Assembly (NCBI GenBank): GCA_963730185.1
Contig: CAVSQW010000015.1
Location: forward strand, 96,001-160,000
Reading direction: 5' to 3'
From: an uncultured Gemmatimonadales bacterium
Lineage (GTDB): Bacteria; Gemmatimonadota; Gemmatimonadetes; Gemmatimonadales; GWC2-71-9
DNA: 64,000 nt
Positions 34,892 to 43,807 of this stretch are shown here, piece by piece. The stretch's first letter is position 1, and each line of letters starts with the position of its first letter. The position numbers were made by a program, and so were the translations under genes. A model generated the notes under the pieces. It was given only the letters and a program-made list of their open reading frames with translations. It searched no databases and had not been told where the DNA came from.

Positions 34892-35107
34892 ATGGAATAC
34901 GAGTCGATCGTCGAGGTTCTGGGATATGCCACCGGTCACGAGCGGCAGGTTCGGATCACCACCACCGATGCCCGCGAGGTGGTCGGTGTGCCGACCAGCC
35001 TCGACCCCGACATCGGCGCCCTCGAGGTGTACCTTCACCCGGTCGGGGCGGACGATGTCGAGATCGCGATCTCTCTCGCCCAGATCGCCCGAGTGGACAT
35101 GGCGTAA
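34892..35107 (+). CDS. 71-aa hypothetical protein (helix plus beta-rich, possibly Sm/SH3-like)
   Basis: GGAGG RBS at 34881-34885; MEYESIVEVLGYATGHERQVRITT...ISLAQIARVDMA. Confidence 0.65.
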   Translation: MEYESIVEVLGYATGHERQVRITTTDAREVVGVPTSLDPDIGALEVYLHPVGADDVEIAISLAQIARVDMA

Positions 35108-35117
35108 GGACGAGCGC

Positions 35118-35144
35118 TGAAACATTTTGGAACGTTTGAACGTA
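35118..35144 (+). promoter_or_regulatory. ECF sigma (SigW-type) promoter of the psp-like operon
   Basis: TGAAAC-ATTTT...(17 nt)-CGTA in an AT-rich patch about 90 nt before the first gene. Confidence 0.6.
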
Positions 35145-35234
35145 CACCCCTTCGAGTCGACGAGCCGGAGACCAGATCTCGGCATCGATCGACCAACCTC
35201 AATGATGGCAAATACTTGAGGCATTCCCGGGCAG

Positions 35235-35516
35235 ATGTTTAGTGACGTGATCGTTTCGATTGCCGGCATGCTTTCGGGCATCGTCGTTGTCGGCTTTCTG
35301 GCCGTCGCGGTCGTGAAGATCTTCCGCGGGCCGGTTGGTCAGGCACTCGCCCGACGGCTCTCGGGCGGTGCGGGCGCTGGCCCCGAGGTGCTGGGCGAGG
35401 TCGAGGATCTCCGGCAGCAGCTCGAGCACGTCCAGCAGCGGCTGCTGGATGCGGAAGAGCGGCTCGACTTCAGCGAGCGACTACTGGCGCAGCGTTCGGA
35501 GGCGGAACGCGGATGA
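35235..35516 (+). CDS. Small TM plus coiled-coil protein, PspB-like paralog 1
   Basis: TM, FRGPVGQALARRL, AEERLDFSERLL. Confidence 0.8.
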   Translation: MFSDVIVSIAGMLSGIVVVGFLAVAVVKIFRGPVGQALARRLSGGAGAGPEVLGEVEDLRQQLEHVQQRLLDAEERLDFSERLLAQRSEAERG

Positions 35517-35812
35517 ACCGTGATGCCGTGACCTTTCTGGGCGTGATGATGGGACTCGCGCTGACCGGGGCGTTCAGCTACGCCGCGTTCACCGTGATCA
35601 ACGGGATGGCTCGGCGGATCAACTCCCGGTCGGCGCCGCCGGGGCTCGAGCCCGACGAGGTCGAGGCGCTTCGGGGCCAGGCCATGGAGATCGACGACCT
35701 CCGGACCCGGCTCCTCGAGGTGGAGGAGCGGCTCGACTTCACGGAACGATTGCTCACCGATGCCCGGGACGGCGGTCGGCTTCCCGGCGTCGGGCATGAG
35801 ACGCCGGTATGA
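35513..35812 (+). CDS. Small TM plus coiled-coil protein, PspB-like paralog 2
   Basis: TM, GMARRI, VEERLDFTERLL; ATGA overlap. Confidence 0.8.
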   Translation: MNRDAVTFLGVMMGLALTGAFSYAAFTVINGMARRINSRSAPPGLEPDEVEALRGQAMEIDDLRTRLLEVEERLDFTERLLTDARDGGRLPGVGHETPV

Positions 35813-36180
35813 TCGGGCTCGGGCTTCGATCCCTGGTCCAGCAGGCGCCGCTGCCGCCGCTGCCGCCGCTGCCCCCGGACATGCCCCAGGTGTTCGTCGG
35901 GAGCGGCCCCCCGGTCGAGGCGATCATCTCGGTGGTGGTGGTAATCGTCGGAGCGTTCCTGCTGTGGCCTCTGGTTCGGGCCTGGGCTCGCCGGCTCGAG
36001 CGGGGCGGCGGCGGGGCCGACCAGGAGGCCCGGGGTGAGATCGAGGCGCTCCGGGCCCGTGTGGCGGAGCTCGAGGTGGTGGAGCAGCGGGTGCTGGAGC
36101 TCGAGGAACGAATGGACTTTTCGGAGCGGCTCTTGACTCAGCGAACCGGTGAGCCGCTTCGGAGGGGGGAGGACGCGTGA
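35809..36180 (+). CDS. Small TM plus coiled-coil protein, PspB-like paralog 3
   Basis: Pro-rich N-terminus, TM, PLVRAWARRL, LEERMDFSERLL; ATGA overlap. Confidence 0.8.
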   Translation: MIGLGLRSLVQQAPLPPLPPLPPDMPQVFVGSGPPVEAIISVVVVIVGAFLLWPLVRAWARRLERGGGGADQEARGEIEALRARVAELEVVEQRVLELEERMDFSERLLTQRTGEPLRRGEDA

Positions 36181-36449
36181 ATCCGAACGATGTCGCGCCG
36201 ATGGTCATGGGGCTGGTCTTCTTCGTCGTGGCGGGAGCGGTTCTCATCTTTCGGGGGCCGATCGGCAAAGCCATCGCCCGCCGACTCGATGGGGGACAGG
36301 TGGCGCCGGAGGGACTGGAGGGCCGGGTTACCGAGCTCGAAGTGCGCTTGGCCGAAGCGGAGGTGGAGCGGCACGAGCTGGCGGAGCGGGTCGACTTCGC
36401 GGAGCGCCTCCTGGCGCAGGTCCGCGAGCGCAAGGAGCTGCCCCGGTGA
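36177..36449 (+). CDS. Small TM plus coiled-coil protein, PspB-like paralog 4
   Basis: TM, FRGPIGKAIARRL, LAERVDFAERLL; GTGA overlap. Confidence 0.8.
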   Translation: MNPNDVAPMVMGLVFFVVAGAVLIFRGPIGKAIARRLDGGQVAPEGLEGRVTELEVRLAEAEVERHELAERVDFAERLLAQVRERKELPR

Positions 36450-36826
36450 CCTCGTTCCGCCGGGCCGTCGGCGTCGACTTCGTGGACGTCGTGATCCAGG
36501 CCGGCGTGACGCTGGCGCTGGTCGGCTCCGTGGCTGCCGGGGACGGACCGATCGAGGCGGTCGGGCTGATCATCGCGACCTCATTCGTGATCCTGGGCCT
36601 CCGACGCCACTTGGCGCTCAAGCGGGGCGGCGAGCCGGCCGGGCTTTCCACCGGCCAGATGGCGGCCGAGCGGGTGGCCGATCTGGAAGCGCGGCTGGAG
36701 GAGCTCGAAGCCGTGCACGCCCGGATGGTGGAGCTGGAGGAACGGGTCGACTTCACGGAGCGGCTGCTGGCCCGAGGCGCCCAGGTCGAGCTGCCGGCCG
36801 AACCCCGCGCACCGACCCCGGTCTGA
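36446..36826 (+). CDS. Two-TM plus coiled-coil protein, PspB-like paralog 5
   Basis: GTG 36446 overlaps previous stop; two hydrophobic segments; LEERVDFTERLL. Confidence 0.78.
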   Translation: MTSFRRAVGVDFVDVVIQAGVTLALVGSVAAGDGPIEAVGLIIATSFVILGLRRHLALKRGGEPAGLSTGQMAAERVADLEARLEELEAVHARMVELEERVDFTERLLARGAQVELPAEPRAPTPV

Positions 36827-36860
36827 GGAGGCCCGATGATCGCGAAAGAGAGGGGAGCCG

Positions 36861-37193
36861 ATGGGGCGTGATCGGTCGCTGCTGGCCATGGCCATCGTGG
36901 GCGTCGCGCTGCTCACCGCCCACGTCGTCCTCGGCGTCGCCATTGGTGACGACTACGCCATCCCGGTGACCGTCATCGGTGCCATCGCCGCGACGATCGT
37001 GCTGCGGGGACCGCTGGGGCAGGCCCTGGCCCGGCGAATCCAGGGAGAGACCGTGTCCGGCGAGCTCCCGCCGGAGACGGTGCTGAACGAGCTCGACGAT
37101 CTGCGCTCCCGGGTGTTGGAGCTCGAGGAACGGGTGGATTTCTCGGAGCGATTGCTGGCGCAGGCGCGAGAAAGCGAGCGGGCGGGTAGCTGA
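36861..37193 (+). CDS. Two-TM plus coiled-coil protein, PspB-like paralog 6
   Basis: GGAG RBS; two TMs, LRGPLGQALARRI, LEERVDFSERLL. Confidence 0.8.
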   Translation: MGRDRSLLAMAIVGVALLTAHVVLGVAIGDDYAIPVTVIGAIAATIVLRGPLGQALARRIQGETVSGELPPETVLNELDDLRSRVLELEERVDFSERLLAQARESERAGS

Positions 37194-37228
37194 ACCCCCC
37201 GTTATCTTCCGTCTCGGAGGAACGCCGA

Positions 37229-37624
37229 ATGATTACGAAGGATGATCTGCAGTCGTTCATCGATCGGCTGGAGGGTGGATCGGCCGACGCGAAGGAAATC
37301 GAGCCCGGTATCTGGGTGGTGCGAACCCCCCAAGGGGCCGAGGTGGTCGTGAGCTATTCGCCGCCGGTGGTGATCCTCCGGGTTCGGGTCATGGAGCCCC
37401 CGGGAGACGCCGGCAGGCGAGGCGGACTGTTCCGCCAGCTCCTCGAGCTCAATGCCCGCGACCTGGTACATGGGTCGTACGGCCTCGAAGGCGAGCACGT
37501 GGTGCTCACCGACACGCTCGAGCTCGAAAACCTCGACTACTCCGAGTTCGAGGCGAGCTTCGACTCGCTCACCCTCGCGCTCGCCTCGCACCTGGGCGCC
37601 CTCGCCCCGTACCGGGAAAGGTAA
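37229..37624 (+). CDS. CesT/YbjN-like (type III chaperone fold) protein
   Basis: 131 aa acidic; LFRQLLELNARDLVHGSYGL..VVLTDTLELENLD..EF; directly upstream of pspA; GGAGG RBS. Confidence 0.75.
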   Translation: MITKDDLQSFIDRLEGGSADAKEIEPGIWVVRTPQGAEVVVSYSPPVVILRVRVMEPPGDAGRRGGLFRQLLELNARDLVHGSYGLEGEHVVLTDTLELENLDYSEFEASFDSLTLALASHLGALAPYRER

Positions 37625-37631
37625 CGATCCG

Positions 37632-38393
37632 ATGGGGATCTTCGAACGCTTCTCGACGATGCTCAAGTCGAACATCAACGACTTGATCTCCCGGGCCGAG
37701 AACCCGGAGAAGATGTTGAACCAGCTAATTCTCGACATGAAGTCGAACCTGGCCAAAGCCAAGCAGGAAGCGGCCGGGGCGATTGCCGACGAGAAGAAGC
37801 TCCAGGCTGACGCCGAAGGCCTCCGCAAGCAGGCCGAGGACTGGGAGCGCCGGGCCATGCTCGCGGTGCAGGAGGGACGCGACGACCTCGCCAAGCAGGC
37901 CCTCCTCCGCTACAACGAGGCGCTCCAGGGCGCGCAGAGCCTCCACGAGACCTGGCTCAAGCACAAGGCCGACACGGAGACGCTGAAGCTCCAACTTCGC
38001 CAGCTCAACGACAAGATCGAAGAGGCCAAGCGGAAGAAGAACATCCTGGTGGCCCGGGCCAAGCGGGCGGAGGCCCAGCAGCGGATCCAGGAAACCATGG
38101 CCGGGATGTCGGACAAGAGCGCCTTCGAGTCGTTCGATCGGGTGGCCGAAAAGATCGAGGCAATCGAACGGAAGGCGCTGGCCGCGGCGGAGCTCCAGCA
38201 GGAGTTCCAGACCGACGACCTGACCGCCCAGTTCAAGCAGCTGGAGTACAAGGGCTCGGCCGACCAGCAGCTCATCGACCTCAAGAGCAAGATGGGGCTC
38301 CTGGGCAAGGGTGAAGCTGCCAAGCAGATCGGGAAGGGTGCCGACCAGGTCGACGACGCCGAGGTCGTCGAGGACGAAACCGACGCTCACTGA
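37632..38393 (+). CDS. pspA: PspA/IM30 (bacterial ESCRT-III) family protein
   Basis: MGIFERF..KSNINDLISRAENPEKMLNQLILDM, WERRAMLAVQEGRDDLAKQAL; start ATG 37632. Confidence 0.95.
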   Translation: MGIFERFSTMLKSNINDLISRAENPEKMLNQLILDMKSNLAKAKQEAAGAIADEKKLQADAEGLRKQAEDWERRAMLAVQEGRDDLAKQALLRYNEALQGAQSLHETWLKHKADTETLKLQLRQLNDKIEEAKRKKNILVARAKRAEAQQRIQETMAGMSDKSAFESFDRVAEKIEAIERKALAAAELQQEFQTDDLTAQFKQLEYKGSADQQLIDLKSKMGLLGKGEAAKQIGKGADQVDDAEVVEDETDAH

Positions 38394-38446
38394 CCCCGGC
38401 CGAGCCGGGGGCCTCGAGCGGGCGGGGGGGAATCCCCGCCCGCTCG
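38394..38446 (+). terminator. Two GC-rich hairpins after pspA
   Basis: CCCCGGC-CGA-GCCGGGG and CGAGCGGGCGGGG..CCCCGCCCGCTCG; no clear U-tract. Confidence 0.5.
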
Positions 38447-38464
38447 GCGTTACAGCTTGGTCGC

Positions 38465-38499
38465 TTGACCCGGGCCGGGTTTAGCATACAATTCTGTAT
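38465..38499 (+). promoter_or_regulatory. Sigma70 promoter with overlapping palindromic operator
   Basis: TTGACC-N16-TACAAT; ATACA-ATTC-TGTAT inverted repeat (38486-38499) over the -10. Confidence 0.6.
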
Positions 38500-38547
38500 A
38501 CGAAGCCCGGGCTGGCCCCGGCATCCGCATCCCGAGAACGACGACCC

Positions 38548-39630
38548 ATGCCCGAGCCTCGCTACCTCATCATCGCCGACGGCAACTTCCACCCGTTGGA
38601 GTCGAAGACGGCCAACTCGGTGATCCGATATCATCCCCAGCGGGTGGTCGGGGTTGTGGACCGGCAAACCGCCGGCAAGACCGTCCAGGACATTCTGGGC
38701 TTCGGCGGCCCCACCCCGATCGTCGGCTCGATCGAGGCCGGGCTGGCCCTCAAGCCCAACGCGGTGATGATCGGCATCGCCCCGGCCGGCGGGCGGCTGC
38801 CCGACGAGTGGCGGGGGTGGCTGGTCAAGTCGTTGGAGGCGGGGTGTGACCTGATCAGCGGACTCCACACCTTCCTCGGCGACGATCCCGTGCTGGCCGC
38901 CGCGGCGGCCAAACACGGCCGGACGATCACCGACGCCCGGAAGGCGCCTGCCAACCTGCTGATTGCGGCCGGGCAGGCCCGCCTGGTCGAGCCGTTCGTG
39001 ATCCTGACCGTCGGCACGGACTGCAACGTCGGCAAGATGACCGCGCAGCTTCAGCTGACCCAAGCTCTCAAGGCCCGGAAGGTCAGGACCAACTTCGTTG
39101 CGACCGGCCAGACCGGCATCTTCATCGAGGGGTGGGGCACCGCCGTGGATGCGGTGGTGGCGGACTTCATCGGTGGCGCCGCCGAGGAGTTGGTGCTTCG
39201 GGGCGCCAAGGATGCCGACATCGTGATGGTCGAAGGGCAGGGGAGCATCAACCATCCGGGCTACTCCGGGGTGACGCTCGGGTTGCTCCACGGCTCCTGC
39301 CCCGATGCGATGATCCTTTGCCATCAAGCCAGCCGGGACCACATCGGGGAGTACCGGACCACACCCTGGCTCCGGATTCCGCCCCTGTCCAAGTACGTGG
39401 AGATGTACGAGCTGATCGGCTCGGCCGTCCACCCCACTCGGGTCATCGGGATCTCGCTCAACACCTACGACCTGTCTCCCGAGGCCGCCCAGGCCGCGTG
39501 TCGGGCGGCGTCGGAGGAGACCGGGCTCCCGTGCACCGACCCGGTCCGCTTCGACTCCGCGCCCTTGGTCAACGCGATCCTCCGGGAGCGCGAGGCCTAC
39601 CTGGAGCGGCGGGCCCTCTTCCGAGACTGA
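38548..39630 (+). CDS. DUF1611 domain P-loop protein
   Basis: IGIAPAGG, VGTDCNVGKMT, ATGQTG, DAVVADF, VEGQGS..HP.YS, LLHGS.PD. Confidence 0.92.
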   Translation: MPEPRYLIIADGNFHPLESKTANSVIRYHPQRVVGVVDRQTAGKTVQDILGFGGPTPIVGSIEAGLALKPNAVMIGIAPAGGRLPDEWRGWLVKSLEAGCDLISGLHTFLGDDPVLAAAAAKHGRTITDARKAPANLLIAAGQARLVEPFVILTVGTDCNVGKMTAQLQLTQALKARKVRTNFVATGQTGIFIEGWGTAVDAVVADFIGGAAEELVLRGAKDADIVMVEGQGSINHPGYSGVTLGLLHGSCPDAMILCHQASRDHIGEYRTTPWLRIPPLSKYVEMYELIGSAVHPTRVIGISLNTYDLSPEAAQAACRAASEETGLPCTDPVRFDSAPLVNAILREREAYLERRALFRD

Positions 39631-39637
39631 CCCACCC

Positions 39638-41176
39638 TCAGCGGGCGTCCGCGCGAATCAGCTCGGCCGCCCGCTCCCCGATCATCACCGAAGGCGCGTG
39701 GGTGTGACCGGTCGGAATGGCCGGCATGACGGACGCGTCGGCGACCCACAGATTCTCGAGGCCCCGAACCTGGAGCCGCTCGGACACCACGGCCTCGGAC
39801 CCCTGGCCGATCCGGCAGGTGCCGACCGGGTGGTACAGCGTCTCCGCCCGATGGCGGATGAACGGCTCCAGCGGCTCCTTGCCCGGCAGAACCTCGTCGC
39901 TCCGGAACTCGGCCAGCTCCGGCGCTCGGCCGAGGTGTCGGGCCAGCTTGAGTCCCGCCAAGAGGCGGGGCAGATCGGCGGGGGCGGAGAGGTACCGAGG
40001 GCGGATGGCCGGCGGCGCCTCGGGGTCGGCCGAGGTGAGGCCGATCCGCCCGCGGCTCTCGGGGTGCTGGAGGATGGCGGCCACGGTAAACCCGGAGCCG
40101 GGGAGCTTCGTGAAACCGTGGTCCACGAAGAAGGTCGGAGCGACCAGGAGTTCCACGTCGGGCGCCCGGCCGCCCCGCTCGAGCCGCACGAAGGCGCCGG
40201 CCTCCGCCACATTGGAAGTGAGGGGACCGGTCCGCCGGACGAGATACCGGAGCACGCTGAACAGTCCTTCGGCCCGGTCGAGGGTGACCGGCTTCGGGCA
40301 CTCGAACAGGGCGCCGATGGCGAGGTGGTCCTGGAGGTTGCCGCCGACTCCCGGCAGCTCGTGGTGCACCGCGATTCCCAAGGGCTCGAGGTCTTCCGCG
40401 GGGCCGACCCCCGAACGGAGCAGCAGCAGCGGCGACCCAATCGCTCCAGTCGCGAGCACCACACGGCCCCGGACCTCGGTCACGCTGGTGGTGCCGGCCC
40501 GGCGAAAGGCGACCCCCACGGCCCGGCGGCCGTCGAACCGGATCCAGTGGGCGGTTGCGTCGGTGAGGACGGTGAGGTTCGGCCGGCCGGCAGCGGGGGT
40601 GAGGTAGCCGTCGGCCGCGCTGACCCGGGCCCCGCGACGCTGCGTGACCCGGAAGAGCCCCACCCCGTCGAGCGAACCGGAGGCGAAACCGTCGTTCGGC
40701 AGGAGGCCGTGGGCCAGCCCCGCCGCGACGAACGCCGCTGCGATCGGATTCACGGTGCGGAGCTCGGCGATCGGAATCCCCGACGCGTGATCGGATTCCG
40801 CTCGCTCCGCCCGCTCGAAGGCGGGCGCCACGTCGTCCCAGGCCCATCCCGCCGCGCCCAGCTCGACCCAGCGGTCGAAGTCCTCGCGGGCCGGACGGGT
40901 CCAGATCATGGCATTGATGGCACTCGACCCGCCGAGGAGCCGGCCGCGGGGCCAGTAGAGGCGCCGGGCGGCGAGCTCCGGCTCGGGCTCGGTCTCGAAG
41001 GCCCAGTCCCACCGAGTCTTGAAGAGGCGCGAGAACGCCGCCGGGATCCGGCTCTCGCGGGGGACGCGAGCGGGGCCGGCCTCGAGGAGCACGACTTGGA
41101 GCGATGGGTCCTCGGATAACCGGCTTGCCACCGCCGCGCCGGCGGAGCCGGCTCCGACCACGACGAAGTCGGCCAT
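39638..41176 (-). CDS. GMC oxidoreductase (choline dehydrogenase-like)
   Basis: GAGSAG, PRGRLLGGSSAINAM, VGGNLQDH, YHPVGTC, VADASVMP. Confidence 0.93.
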   Translation of the reverse strand: MADFVVVGAGSAGAAVASRLSEDPSLQVVLLEAGPARVPRESRIPAAFSRLFKTRWDWAFETEPEPELAARRLYWPRGRLLGGSSAINAMIWTRPAREDFDRWVELGAAGWAWDDVAPAFERAERAESDHASGIPIAELRTVNPIAAAFVAAGLAHGLLPNDGFASGSLDGVGLFRVTQRRGARVSAADGYLTPAAGRPNLTVLTDATAHWIRFDGRRAVGVAFRRAGTTSVTEVRGRVVLATGAIGSPLLLLRSGVGPAEDLEPLGIAVHHELPGVGGNLQDHLAIGALFECPKPVTLDRAEGLFSVLRYLVRRTGPLTSNVAEAGAFVRLERGGRAPDVELLVAPTFFVDHGFTKLPGSGFTVAAILQHPESRGRIGLTSADPEAPPAIRPRYLSAPADLPRLLAGLKLARHLGRAPELAEFRSDEVLPGKEPLEPFIRHRAETLYHPVGTCRIGQGSEAVVSERLQVRGLENLWVADASVMPAIPTGHTHAPSVMIGERAAELIRADAR

Positions 41177-41180
41177 CGGG

Positions 41181-41381
41181 TCAGGCCGGGGGGTCGGACC
41201 GGTCGGGCTCGGGTGCCGGCCGGCCGTCCCGCCGGCCGGCGGGCTCGTCGTCGTGGAGCACTCGGAGCGCGGGGGTGTCGAGGTCGTCGAACTGGCCGCG
41301 CCGGGCCGCCCAGACGAAGGCGCCGATGGCGACGGCCACGATGGCCAGGGCCACGGGCAGGAGCAGGAGGAGGACGCTCAC
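41181..41381 (-). CDS. ccoS: cbb3 oxidase assembly protein CcoS
   Basis: VSVLLLLLPVAL...FVWAARRGQFDDLDTPALRVLHDD; GTG overlaps ccoI stop. Confidence 0.92.
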   Translation of the reverse strand: MSVLLLLLPVALAIVAVAIGAFVWAARRGQFDDLDTPALRVLHDDEPAGRRDGRPAPEPDRSDPPA

Positions 41382-43807
41382 CGGGGAACCGTGAAGGTGC
41401 GGCTTCGCCAGGCGAGCAACACCACGGTGAGCGAGCTCACCGGCATCAGAATGGCCGCGATGAGCGGGTTGACCCGTCCGGTCATGGCCAGCCAGGCGCC
41501 GACCACGTTGTAGGCGAGCGACAGGCCGATCAGCCGGTGGATGACGCGCATGGTCCGCTCGGCGCCTTCGATCAGTCCGCCGAGCGGGGCCATGCCGGGC
41601 TGGGCGAGGTAGACGTCGGCCGCGGCGAGTGAGGCCTCGGCGCCGCCGTGGACGCCGATCCCGACCGTGGCCCGGGCGATGGCGGCCGCGTCGTTGACGC
41701 CGTCGCCGACCATCACGGTGGGTCCCCGGGTCAGGGCCCGCTCGACTGCGGCCAGCTTGCCTTCGGGGGTGACCCCGCCCCGAGCGGCCTCGGGGGCGAT
41801 CGCGAGGGAGCGAGCGACCTCGGCCACGACGGCGGGCGCGTCGCCGGAGAGGATGCCGACCTCCCATCCACGGCGTCGAAGCCGGTCTAGGGTCGGGCGG
41901 CTGTCCTCCCGGAGCGGATCGCCGAACGCCGCTGCGGCCACCACTCGGCCGGCGTCAGCGACGAGCACCGGCGTGAGATGGTCGGGCATTCGGTTGGCCA
42001 CCCCGTCGGGATCGGCGGCCCGGGCCAGGACGAATGCCGGAGCGCCGACCACGAGCTCCCGTCCCCGGACCGTGCCGACCAAGCCACCGCCCAGGGTATG
42101 AGTAACCCGGTCGGCCGGGGTCTCGTGGAGTCCGGGCCACGCCTCGACGAAGGCCCGGGCCAGCGGGTGGCTCGAGTGCCGCTCCAGGGCCAGCACGTCG
42201 GGGCGGATGTCGTCGTCGCCGACCCAGGCGACCAGCCGAAGTCGGCCCTCGGTCAGGGTCCCGGTCTTGTCGAGCAGCAGTCGGCCGGGGCGGGCAAGCG
42301 ACTGGAGCGCGTCGGCGCCGCGGATCAGGATCCCGGCCCGGGCGGCCCGACCCACCGCGACGGTGGTGGCCAGCGGCGTCGCCAGGGCCAGGGCGCAGGG
42401 GCAGGTCACGATCAGGAGCGCGATGGCCCGGTCGAGCGCGTCGGGTGCGCCCGCTCGGTAGGCGGCCATCCAGGTGACCGCCGCCAGCACCAGCACCGTC
42501 AGCACGAACCACCCGGCCAGGCGATCGGCCAGCTGCACCACCGGCGCCCGGCGGCGGGCTCCGGCTTCGACCTCCCGGAGAAGACGGCCGAGCCGGCTGG
42601 ACTCGCCCGCGCGGGTGACCCGGACCCGGAGCGCCGCGCTCCGGTTCAGGGTACCAGCGAAGACCTCGCTCCGGGGGCCGACCGCGACCGGGCGGGACTC
42701 GCCGGTGAGGAGCGAGAGGTCGATGGCGGACTCGCCGGCCGTGATCACGCCGTCGGCGGGCACGGTCTCCCCGGCGCGCACCTCGACGGTCATCTCGGGG
42801 ACCAGCGCTTCGGTCGGGATCTCCCGGATCGTCTCGCCGTCGACCAGCCGGGCCGACGAGGGCGTCATCCCATAGAGCAGCTCGGCCGAGTCGGTGGCGG
42901 CCCGCTGGGCCCGCTGCTGGAGGAAGCGACCGACCAGGAGCAGGAAGATCAGGCTGGCGACGCCGTCGAAGTAGATCGGCCCGGTGCCGGTGATGGTGTT
43001 GATGGCGCCCCGTCCGAACCCGGCCACGAGGGCCAGCGCGACGGGAACGTCCATGTGGAGCCGCCGGGTCCGGATCGCAGCCAGGGCACCGCGGAAGAAC
43101 AGCTGGCCCGGCCAGAGCAGGGCGGGGAGAGTGAGGAGGAGGCTCACCCAGCGGAAGTAGTCGATGTCCTCGGGCGCCATCGCGCCGAACCATCCGGCGT
43201 AGAGCGCGGCGGCCACCAGCATGATGTTGCCGGCCAGGGCGCCGGCCACCCCGATCCGGACCAGCATGGCCCGATCCTCGGCCCGACGGAGCTGGTCGGC
43301 CCGACCGCCCCGGTAGGGGTGCGGGCGGTAACCAATCGAGTCGAGGAACCGGGCAATGGCGGCGAGCGAGGTCCGAGCGGGGTCCCACCGGATCCGGGCC
43401 AGCGAACGTCCCACGTTGAGCTCGGCGGAGGCGGCGCCGGGCACCGCGAGGGGCACCCGCTCCACCAGCCACACGCAGGAGGCGCAGTGGACCCCCTCCA
43501 GGTAGAGCTCGGTCTCGGCCAGCCCATCGGGACGGAGGGCCACGTAGAGCGACTGGAAGGCGTCGTGATCGAACTCGTCGAAGCTCCGTCCGCTGGTCCG
43601 CACCGCCAGCTCGCGGCGCTCGCCGAAGCGGTAGTAGGCGTCGAGCCCGGTGTCGTGGAGGATGGCCCAGGCCGTCCGGCACCCGGCGCAGCAGAACTGG
43701 TAGTCCTCGTCGGGAACGATGAGACCGGCGGGCACCGGCAGGGTGCAGTGCGCGCAGGTCGCCTCAGCCCGGGGTGGAGCGCCTGGGTCAGCGAGGCGCG
43801 GCGTCAT
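41378..43807 (-). CDS. ccoI: Copper P1B-type ATPase CcoI/FixI
   Basis: CAHC..FCCAGC N-terminus, HCASC, TGES, TCPCAL, DKTGT, YN and MPVSS; lies in cco cluster. Confidence 0.92.
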   Translation of the reverse strand: MTPRLADPGAPPRAEATCAHCTLPVPAGLIVPDEDYQFCCAGCRTAWAILHDTGLDAYYRFGERRELAVRTSGRSFDEFDHDAFQSLYVALRPDGLAETELYLEGVHCASCVWLVERVPLAVPGAASAELNVGRSLARIRWDPARTSLAAIARFLDSIGYRPHPYRGGRADQLRRAEDRAMLVRIGVAGALAGNIMLVAAALYAGWFGAMAPEDIDYFRWVSLLLTLPALLWPGQLFFRGALAAIRTRRLHMDVPVALALVAGFGRGAINTITGTGPIYFDGVASLIFLLLVGRFLQQRAQRAATDSAELLYGMTPSSARLVDGETIREIPTEALVPEMTVEVRAGETVPADGVITAGESAIDLSLLTGESRPVAVGPRSEVFAGTLNRSAALRVRVTRAGESSRLGRLLREVEAGARRRAPVVQLADRLAGWFVLTVLVLAAVTWMAAYRAGAPDALDRAIALLIVTCPCALALATPLATTVAVGRAARAGILIRGADALQSLARPGRLLLDKTGTLTEGRLRLVAWVGDDDIRPDVLALERHSSHPLARAFVEAWPGLHETPADRVTHTLGGGLVGTVRGRELVVGAPAFVLARAADPDGVANRMPDHLTPVLVADAGRVVAAAAFGDPLREDSRPTLDRLRRRGWEVGILSGDAPAVVAEVARSLAIAPEAARGGVTPEGKLAAVERALTRGPTVMVGDGVNDAAAIARATVGIGVHGGAEASLAAADVYLAQPGMAPLGGLIEGAERTMRVIHRLIGLSLAYNVVGAWLAMTGRVNPLIAAILMPVSSLTVVLLAWRSRTFTVPR

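Noticed and set aside
37229..37624. Type III secretion system implied by the CesT-like gene
   Set aside because: No T3SS genes in the window; this fold is known beside pspA independently of secretion
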